NCBI GenBank assembly: GCA_964016885.1
Contig: OZ024740.1
Span: 9,424,001-9,488,000, forward strand
DNA: 64,000 nucleotides
From: Eledone cirrhosa
Lineage: Eukaryota
Reading direction: 5' to 3'
Part shown: piece by piece, positions 54,001 to 64,000 of the stretch
How the letters are laid out: every line of letters starts with the position of its first letter
Position numbering within the stretch: position 1 is the stretch's first letter
Notes under the pieces: generated by a model
What the model saw: the letters and a program-made list of their open reading frames with translations, nothing else
Database searches by the model: none
Told to the model about the DNA's origin: nothing
Made by a program: the position numbers and the translations under genes

Positions 54001-57000
54001 TCAGTTTTGATTGGTATGTCAGTTTCTATTGGTATATCAGTTTCGATTGGTATATCAGTTTCTATTGGTATATCAGTTTCGATTGGTATATCAGATTCTA
54101 TTGGTATGTCAGTTTCTATTGGTATGTCAGTTTCTATTGGTATGTCAGTTTCAATTGGTATATCAGTTTCGATTCGTATGTCAGTTTCGATCGTTATGTC
54201 AGTTTCTATTGGTATATCAGTTTTGATTGGTATATCATTTTCGATTGGTATGTCAGTTTCGATTAGTATATCAGTTTCGATTAGTATGTAACTTTCTATG
54301 GGTATGTCAGTTACGATTAGTATATCAGTTTCGATTAGTATGTAACTTTCTATTGGTATGTCAGTTACGATTAGTATATCAGTTTCGATTGGTATATCAG
54401 TTTCGATTGGTGTGTCAGTTTCGATTGGTATGTCAGTTTCTATTGGTATATGAGTTTCGATTGGTATGCAGGTTTCGATTGGTATGTTAGTTTCGATTAG
54501 TATATCAGTTTCTATAGGTATATCAGTTTCAATTGGTATGTCAGTTTCTATTGGAATATCAGTTTCTATTGGTATGTCAGTTTCTATTGGTATGTCAGTT
54601 TCAATTGGTATATCAGTTTCGATTCGTATGTCAGTTTCGATTGTTATGTCATTTTCTTTTGGTATATCAGTATCGATTGGTATGTCAGTTTCGATTAGTA
54701 TATCAATTTCTATGTGTATGTCAGTTTGTATTGGTATATCAGTTTCGATTGGTATATCAGTTTCGACTGGTATGTCAATTTTGATTGGTATGTCAGTTTC
54801 AATTGGTATATCGGTTTCGATTGGTATGTCAGTTTCGATTGTTATGTCAGTTTTGATTGTATATCAGTTTCGAATGGTATGTCAGTTTTGATTGGTATAT
54901 CTGTTTCGATTGGTATGTCTCTTTCGATTGGTATGTCAGTTTCGATTGGTATATCAGTTTCGATTAGCATGTCAGTTTCTATTGGTATATCAGTTTCGAT
55001 TGGTATGTCAGTTTCGATTAGTATATCAGTTTCTATTGGTATATCAGTTTCGATTGATATTTCAGTTTTCATTAGTATGTCAGTTTCTATTGGTATGTCA
55101 GTTTCGATTAGTATATGAGGTTTCTATTGGTATGTCAGTTTCGATTGGTATGTCAGTTTCTATTGGTATGTCAGTTTCGATTAGTATATCAGTTTCTATT
55201 GGTATGTTAGTTTCTATTGGTATGTCAGTTTCAATTGGTATATCAGTTTCGATTCGTATGTCAGTTTCGATTGTTATGTCAGTTTCTATTGGTATATCAG
55301 TTTCGATTGGTATGTCAGTTTCTATTGGTATATCAGTTTTGATTGGTATGTTAGTTTCTATAGGTATGTCAGTTTCGATTTGTATATCAGTTTCGATTCG
55401 TATGTTAGTCCTCGATTTGTATGTCAGTTTCTATTGGTATATCAATCTCGATTGGTATGTCAGTTTCTATTGGTATGTCAGTTTCTATTGGTATATCAGG
55501 TTCGATTGGTATGTCAGTTTCGATTAGTATATCTGTTTCTATTGGTATGTCAGCTTCTATTGGTATATCAATTTTGATTGGTATGTCAGTTTCGATGGGT
55601 ATATCAGTTTCGATTTTTATGTCAGTTTCGATTGGTATGTCAGTTTCGATTAGTACTTCAGTTTCAATGTGTATATCAGTTTCTATTGGTATGTCAATTT
55701 TGATTGGTATGTCAGTTTCTATTGGTATATCAGTTTCGATTGGTATATCACTTTCTATTGATATATCAGTTTCGATTAGTATATCAGTTTCTATTTGTAT
55801 GTCAGTCCCTATTGGTATATCAATTTCGATTGGTATGTCAGTTTCTATGGGTATATCATTTTTGATTGGTATGTTAGTCTCTATTGATATGTCAGTTTCG
55901 ATTTGTATATCAGTTTCTATTGGTATGTCAGTTTCGATTAGTATGTTCGTCCTCGATTTGTATGTCAGTTTCTATTGGTATATCAATTTCGATTGGTATG
56001 TCAGTTTCTATTGTTATATCAGTTTCGATTGGTATGTTAGATTCGATTAGTATATCAGTTTCTATTGGTATGTCAGTTTCTATTGGTATATCAATTTCGA
56101 TTGGTATGTCAGTTTCTATGCGTATATCAGTTTCTATTGGTATGTCAGTTTTGATTGGTATGTCAGTTTCTATTGGTATATCAGTTTCGATTGGTATATC
56201 AGTTTCTATTGGTATATCAGTTTCGATTGGAATATCAGATTCTATTGGTATGTCAGTTTCTATTGGTATGTCAGTTTCTATTGGTATGTCAGTTTCAATT
56301 GGTATATCAGTTTCGATTCATATGTCAGTTTCGATCGTTATGTCAGTTTCTATTGGTATATCAGTTTTCATTGGTATATCATTTTCGATTGGTATGTCAG
56401 TTTCGATTAGTATATCAGTTTCGATTAGTATGTAACTTTCTACTGGTATGTCAGTTACGATTAGTATATCAGTTTCGATTGGTATATCAGTTGCGATTGG
56501 TGTGTCAGTTTCGATTGGTATGTCAGTTTCTACTGGTATATGAGTTTCGATTGGTATATCAGTTACCATTGGTATATCAGTTTCGATTGGTATGTAGGTT
56601 TCGATTCGTATGTCAGTTTCTATTGGTATGTTAGTTTCGATTAGTATATCAGTTTCTATAGGTATATCAGTTTCAATTGGTATGTCAGTTTCTATTGGAA
56701 TATCAGTTTCTATTGGTATGTCAGTTTCTATTGGTATGTCAGTTTCAATTGGTATATCAGTTTCGATTCGTATGTCAGTTTCGATTGTTATGTCATTTTC
56801 TTTTGGTATATCAGTATCGATTGGTATGTCAGTTTCGATTAGTATATCAATTTCTATGTGTATGTCAGTTTGTATTGGTATATCAGTTTCGATTGGTATA
56901 TCAGTTTCGACTGGTATGTCAATTTTGATTGGTATGTCAGTTTCAATTGGTATATTGGTTTCGATTGGTATGTCAGTTTCGATTGTTATGTCAGATTTGA

Positions 57001-60000
57001 TTGTATATCAGTTTTGAATGGTATGTCAGTTTTGATTGGTATATCTGTTTCGATTGGTATGTCTCTTTCGATTGGTATGTCAGTTTCGATTGGTATATCA
57101 GTTTCGATTAGCATGTCAGTTTCTATTGGTATATCAGTTTCGATTGGTATGTCAGTTTCGATTAGTATATCAGTTTCTATTGGTATATCAGTTTCGATTG
57201 ATATATCAGTTTTGATTAGTATGTCAGTTTCTATTGGTATGTCAGTTTCGATTAGTATATGAGGTTTCTATTGATATGTCAGTTTCGATTGGTATGTCAG
57301 TTTCTATTGGTATGTCAGTTTCGATTAGTATATCAGTTTCTATTGGTATGTTAGTTTCTATTGGTATGTCAGTTTCAATTGGTATATCAGTTTCGATTCG
57401 TATGTCAGTTTCGATTGTTATGTCAGTTTCTATTGGTATATCAGTTTCGATTAGTATGTCAGTTTCTATTGGTATATCGGTTTCCATTGGTATATCAGTT
57501 TCGATTGGTATGTCAGTTTCTATTGGTATATCAGTTTTGATTGGTATGTTAGTTTCTATAGGTATGTTAGTTTCGATTTGTATATCAGTTTCGATTCGTA
57601 TGTTAGTCCTCGATTTGTATGTCAGTTTCTATTGGTATATCAATCTCGATTGGTATGTCAGTTTCTATTGGTATGTCGGTTTCTATTGGTATATCAGTTT
57701 CTATTTCTATGTCAGTTTCTATTGGTATGTCAGTTTCTATTGGTATATCAGGTTCGATTGGTATGTCAGTTTCGATTAGTATATCAGTTTCTATTGGTAT
57801 GTCAGCTTCTATTGGTATATCAACTTTGATTGGTATGTCAGTTTCGATGGGTATATCAGGTTCGATTTTTATGTCAGTTTCGATTGGTATGTCAGTTTCG
57901 ATTAGTACTTCAGTTTCAATGTGTATATCAGTTTCTATTGGTATGTCAGTTTTGATTGGTATGTCAGTTTCTATTGGTATATCAGTTTCGATTGGTATAT
58001 CACTTTCTATTGATATATCAGTTTCGATTAGTATATCAGTTTCTATTTGTATGTCAGTTCCTATTGGTATATCAATTTCGATTGGTATGTCAGTTTCTAT
58101 GGGTATATCATTTTTGATTGGTATGTTAGTTTCTATTGATATGTCAGTTTCGATTTGTATATCAGTTTCTATTGGTATGTCAGTTTCGATTGGTATGTTC
58201 GTCCTCGATTTGTATGTCAGTTTCTATTGTTATATCAGTTTCGATTGGTATGTTAGATTCGATTAGTATATCAGTTTCTATTGGTATGTCAGTTTCTATT
58301 GGTATATCAATTTCGATTAGTATATCAGTTTCTATTGGTATGTCAGCTTCGATTGGTATGTCAGTTTCTATTGGTATACCAGTTTGGATTGGTATGTGAG
58401 TTTCTATTGGTATGTCAGTTTCGATTGGTATGTCAATTTCGATTGGTATGTCAGTTTCTATTGGTATATCAGTTTCCATTGGTATATCAGTTTCGATTGG
58501 TATGTCAGTTTCTATTGGTATATCAGTTTCTATCGGTATGTCAGTTTCTATTGGTATGTCAGTTTCTATTGGTATATCAGTTTCGATTGGTATATCAGTT
58601 TCGATTGGTATGTCAGTTTCGATTGGTATGTCAGTTTCGATTGGTATATCAGTTTCGATTGTTATATCAGTTTCCATTGGTATGTTAGTCCTCGATTTCT
58701 ATGTCAGTTTCTATTGGTATATCAGTTTCGATTGGTATGTCAGTTTCGATTCGTATGTCAGTTTCTATTGGTATATCAGTTTCGATTGGTATATCAGTTT
58801 CGATTAGTATATCAGTTTCTATTGGTATGTCAGCTTCTATTGGTATAGCAATTTCGATTGGTATGTTAGTTTCGATGGTTATATCAGTTTCGATTTTTAT
58901 TTCAGTTTCGATTCGTATGTTAGTCCTCGATTTGTATGTCAGTTTCTATTGGTATATCAATTTCGATTGGTATGTCAGTTTCTATTGGTATGTCGGTTTC
59001 TATTGGTATATCAGTTTCTATTTCTATGTCAGTTTCTATTGGTATGTCAGTTTTATTGGTATGTCAATTTCGATTGGAATGTCACTTTCGATTGGTATAT
59101 CAGTTTCGAATGCTATGTCAGTTTCGATTGATATGTCAGTTTCGATTGGTATATCAGTTTCCATTGGTATATCTGTTTCGATTGCTATGTCAGTTTCTAT
59201 TGGTATATCAGTTTCCATTGGTATATCCATGTCGATTTGTATATCAGTTTCGATTTGTATGTCAGTTTTATTGGTATGTCAATTTCGATTGGTATTTCAG
59301 TTTCGGTTGGAATGTAAGTTTCGATTGGTATGTCAGTTTTTATTGGTATATCAGTTTCGATTGGTATATCAGTTTCTAATGGTATGTCAGTTTTGATTGG
59401 TATGTAAATTTCGATTGGTATGTCACTTTCGATTGGTATATCAGTTTCAAATGGTATGTCTGTTTCGATTGGTATGTCAGTTTCGATTGGTATATCAGTT
59501 TCCATTGGTATATCAGTTTCGATTGCTATGTCAGTTTCTATTGGTATATCAGTTTCGAATGGTATCTCAATTTCTATTGGTATATCAGTTTTGATTGTTA
59601 TATCAGTTACGATTTGTATGTCAGTTTCGATTGGTATATCAGTTTCGATTGGTTTATCAGTTTCGATTCGTATGTCACTCTCAGTTGTTATGTCAATTTC
59701 GATTGGTTTATCAGATTCGATTAGTATGTCAATTTCTATCGGTATATCAGTTTCCATTTGTATATCAGTTTCGATTGGTATGTCAGTTTCGATTGGTATA
59801 TCAGTCTCGAATGGTATGTCAGTTTCGATTGGTATGTCTGTTTTGATTGGTATATCAGTTTCAAATGGTATGTCAGTCTCGATTAGTATGTCCGTTTCGA
59901 TTGGCATATCAGTTTCGATTCCTGTGTCAGTTTCTATTGGTATATCAGTTTCCATTGGTATATCAGTTTCGATTTGTATATCAGTTTCAATATGTATGTC

Positions 60001-63000
60001 AGTTTCTATTGGTATGTCAGTTTCAATTCGTGTATCAGTTTCGATTGGTATGTCAGTTTTATTGGTATGTCAATTTCGATTGGTATATCAGTTTCGGCTG
60101 GAATGTCAGTTTCGATTGGTATGTCAGTTTCTATTGGTATATCAGTTTCGATTGGTATATCAGTTTCTATTGGTATGTCAGTTTTGATTGGTATGTAAAT
60201 TTCGATTGGTATCTCACTTTCGATTGGTGTGTCCGTTTCGATTGGTATATCAGTTTCTATTGGTATGTCAGTTTCGATTGGTATGTCAATTTCGATTGGT
60301 ATGTCACTTTCGATTGGTATATCAGTTTCGAATGGTATGTCAGTTTTGATTGGTATGTCAGTTTCCATTGGTATATCAATTTCCATTGGTATATCAGTTT
60401 CGATTGGTATATCAGTTTCTATTGGTATGTCAGTTTTGATTGGTATGTAAATTTCGATTGGTATGTCACTTTCGATTGGTATATCAGATTCGAATGGTAT
60501 GTCAGTTTCGATTGGTGTGTCAGTTTCGATTGGTATATCAGTTCCATTGGTATATCAGTTTCAATTGCTATGTCAGTGTCTATTGGTATATCAGTTTCTA
60601 TTGGTATGTCAATTTCTATTGGTATATCAGTTTTGATTGGTATATCGGTTTCGATTCGTATGTCAGTTTCGATTGGTATGTCAGTTTCGATTGGTTTATC
60701 AGTTTCGATTGGTATGTCAGTCTCAATTGGTATGTCAATTTCGATTGGTTTATCAGATTCGATTAGAATGTCAATTTCTATCGGTATATCAGTTTCCATT
60801 TGTATATCAGTTTCGATTGGTATGTCAGTTTCGATTGGTATATCAGTTTCGAATGGTATGTCAGTTTCGATTGGTATGTCTGTTTTGATTGGTATATCAG
60901 TTTCAAATGGTATGTCAGTCTCGATTAGTATGTCCGTTTCGATTGGCATATCAGTTTCGATTCGTATGTCAGTTGCGATTGTTATATCAGTTTCGATTAT
61001 TATGTCTGTTTCGATTGGTATATCAGTTTCTATTGGTATGGTAGCTTCTATTGGTATATCAATTTTGATTGGTATGTCAGTTTCGATGGGTATATCATTT
61101 TAGATTTTTATGTCAGTTTCGATTGTTATGTCAGTTTCGATTAGTATGTCAGTTTCAATGTGTATATCAGTTTCTATTGGTATGTCAGTTTTAATTGGTA
61201 TGTCAGTTTCTATTGGTATATCAGTTTCGATTGGTATATCAGTTTCTATTGATATATCAGTTTCGATTAGTATATCAGTTTCTATTTGTATGTCAGTTCC
61301 TATTGGTATATCAATTTCGATTTGTATGTCAGTTTCGATTGGTATATCAGTTTGTATTGGTATGTCAGTTTCTATTGGTATGTCAGTTTCTATTGGTATA
61401 TCAGTTACTATTGGTATGTCAGTTTCGATTGGTATGTCAGTTTCGATTGGTATGTCAGTTTCTATTAGTATATCAGTTTCGATTGGTATATCAGTTTCTA
61501 TTGGTATGTCAGTTTTGATTGGTATGTAAATTTCGATTGGTATGTCACTTTCGATTGGTATATCAGTTTTGAATGGTATGTCAGTTTCGATTGGTGTGTC
61601 AGTTTCGATTGGTATATCAGTTCCATTGCTATATCAGTTTCGATTGCTATGTCAGTGTCTATTGGTATATTAGTTTCTACTGGTTTGTCAATTTCTATTG
61701 GTATATCAGTTTTGATTGGTATATCGGTTTCGATTCGTATGTCAGTTTCGATTGGTATATCAGTTTCGATTGGTTTATCAGTTTCGATTGGTTTGTCAGT
61801 CTCAATTGGTATGTCAATTTCGATTGGTATATCAGTGTCGATTCGTATGTCAGTTTCGATCGTTATGTCAGTTTCTATTGGTATATCAGTTTTGATTGGT
61901 ATATCAGTTTCGATTGGTATGTCAGTTTCGATTAGTATATCAGTTTCGATTAGTATGTAACTTTCTATTGGTATGTCAGTTACGATTAGTATATCAGTTT
62001 CGATTGGTATATCAGTTTCGATTGGTGTGTCAGTTTCGATTGGTATGTCAGTTTCTATTGGTATGTCAGCTTCTATTGGTATAGCAATTTCGATTGCTAT
62101 GTTAGTTTCGATGGTTATATCAGTTTCGATTTTTATTTCAGTTTCGATTGGTATGTCAGTTTCTATGCGTATATCAGTTTCCATTGGTATGTCAGTTTTG
62201 ATTGGTATGTCAGTTTCTATTGGTATATCAGTTTCGATTGGTATATCAGTTTCTATTGGTATATCAGTTTCGATTGGTATATCACATTCTATTGGTATGT
62301 CAGTTTCTGTTGGTATGTCAGTTTCTATTGGTATGTCAGTTTCAATTGGTATATCAGTTTCGATTCGTATGTCAGTTTCGATCGTTATGTCAGTTTCTAT
62401 TGGTATATCAGTTTTGATTGGTATATCAGTTTAGATTGGTATGTCAGTTTCGATTAGTATATCAGTTTCGATTAGTATGTAACTTTCTATTGGTATGTCA
62501 GTTACGATTAGTATATCAGTTTCGATTGGTATATCAGTTTCGATTGGTGTGTCAGTTTCGATTGGTATGTCAGTTTCTATTGGTATATGAGTTTCGATTG
62601 GTAGATCAGTTTCGATTGGTATATCAGTTTCGATTGGTATGTAGGTTTCGATTGGTATGTCAGTTTCTATTGGTGTGTTAGTTTCGATTAGTATATCAGT
62701 TTCTATTGGTATATCAGTTTCAATTGGTATGTCAGTTTCTATTGGAATATCAGTTTCTATTGGTATGTCAGTTTCTATTGGTATGTCAGTTTCAATTGGT
62801 ATATCAGTTTCGATTCGTATGTCAGTTTCGATTGTTATGTCATTTTCTTTTGGTATATCAGTATCGATTGGTATGTCAGTTTCGATTAGTATATCAATTT
62901 CTATGTGTATGTCAGATTCAATTGGTATATCGGTTTCGATTGGTATGTCAGTTTCGATTGTTATGTCAGTTTTGATTGTATATCAGTTTCGAATGGTATG

Positions 63001-64000
63001 TCAGTTTTGATTGGTATATCTGTTTCGATTGGTATGTCAGTTTCGATTGGTATGTCAGTTTCGATTGGTATATCAGTTTCGATTAGTATGTCAGTTTCTA
63101 TTGGTATATCAGTTTCGATTGGTATGTCAGTTTCTATTGGTATATCAGTTTCGATTGGTATGTCAGTTTCGATTAGTATATCAGTTTCTATTGGTATATC
63201 AGTTTCGATTGACATATCAGTTTCGATTAGTATGTCAGTTTCTATTGGTATGTCAGTTTCTATTGGTATATCAGTTTCGATTAGTATGTCAGTTTCTATT
63301 GGTATATCGGTTTCCATTGGTATATCAGTTTCGATTGGTATGTCAGTTTCTATTGGTATGTCGGTTTCTATTGGTATATCAGTTTCTATTTCTATGTCAG
63401 TTTCTATTGGTATGTCAGTTTCTATTGGTATATCAGGTTCGATTGGTATGTCAGTTTCGATTAGTATATCAGTTTCTATTGGTATGTCAGCTTGTATTGG
63501 TATATCAATTTTGATTGGTATGTCAGTTTCCATGGGTATATCAGTTTCGATTTTTATATCAGTTTCGATTGGTATGTCAGTTTCGATTAGTATTTCAGTT
63601 TCAATGTGTATATCAGTTTCTATTGGTATGTCAGTTTTGATTGGTATGTCAGTTTCTATTGGTATATCAGTTTCGATTGGTATATCATTTTCTATTGATA
63701 TATCAGTTTCGATTAGTATATCAGTTTCTATTTGTATGTCAGTTCCTATTGGTATATAAATTTCGATTGGTATGTCAGTTTCTATGGGTATATCATTTTT
63801 GATTGGTATGTTAGTTTCTATTGGTATGTCAGTTTCGATTTGTATATCAGTTTCTATTGGTATGTCAGTTTCGATTGGTATGTTCGTCCTCGATTTGTAT
63901 GTCAGTTTCTATTGGTATATCAATTTCGATTGGTATGTCAGTTTCTATTGGTATATCGGTTTCCATTGGTATATCAGTTTCGATTGGTATGTCAGTTTCT
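39009..64000. repeat. 18-bp satellite array, right part
   Basis: Same monomer and orientation, running to the window end. Confidence 0.99.
42964..62977. repeat. Tandem duplication of a 10,007-bp satellite block (~42964-52970 / ~52971-62977)
   Basis: ORFs recur with identical translations at a constant offset of 10007 (43178/53185, 45414/55421, 49840/59847, 52411/62418). Confidence 0.93.

Noticed and set aside
1-64000. Hundreds of ORFs (IGMSVS, LVCQFR, WYVSFD, IETDIP repeats) as repeat-protein genes
   Set aside because: The 18-mer is a multiple of 3 and lacks stops in several frames. Frames are broken at random by 17/19-bp monomers and stop variants, so no frame is preserved.
1-64000. CRISPR array, or a bacterial RT system (DGR, retron, RT-Cas1) with a repeat array
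   Set aside because: No unique spacers and no cas or accessory genes. The RT is a eukaryotic non-LTR type with 5' truncation and a microsatellite tail.
1-64000. Telomeric repeat array synthesised by the RT
   Set aside because: No canonical G-rich telomere motif. Multi-kb variant patterns are copied faithfully, indicating DNA-level duplication rather than templated addition.

Overview
This is eukaryotic tandem-repeat (heterochromatin-like) DNA. About 62 of the 64 kb are an 18-bp satellite with consensus ATTGGTAT(A/G)TCAGTTTC(G/T). Variant monomers recur in ordered multi-kb higher-order blocks, including two near-exact tandem duplications of 5,435 bp and 10,007 bp. Nearly all ORFs in the supplied track are artefacts of this stop-free 18-mer. 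The only non-satellite DNA is two 5'-truncated, ~99% identical copies of an RTE-like non-LTR retrotransposon (about 36159-36763 and 37564-39008), 800 bp apart and in the same orientation. Both (GAT)n tails join the satellite at the same monomer position (ATG|TCAG). The longer copy has an uninterrupted RT C-terminal half with a C4HC3 PHD-like zinc finger inserted between the YADD palm and the thumb, plus a structured 3' UTR (GNRA hairpin, tandem H-type pseudoknot modules, terminal stem-loop). From memory, the 3' end resembles octopus RTE/SINE tails; this is unverified.
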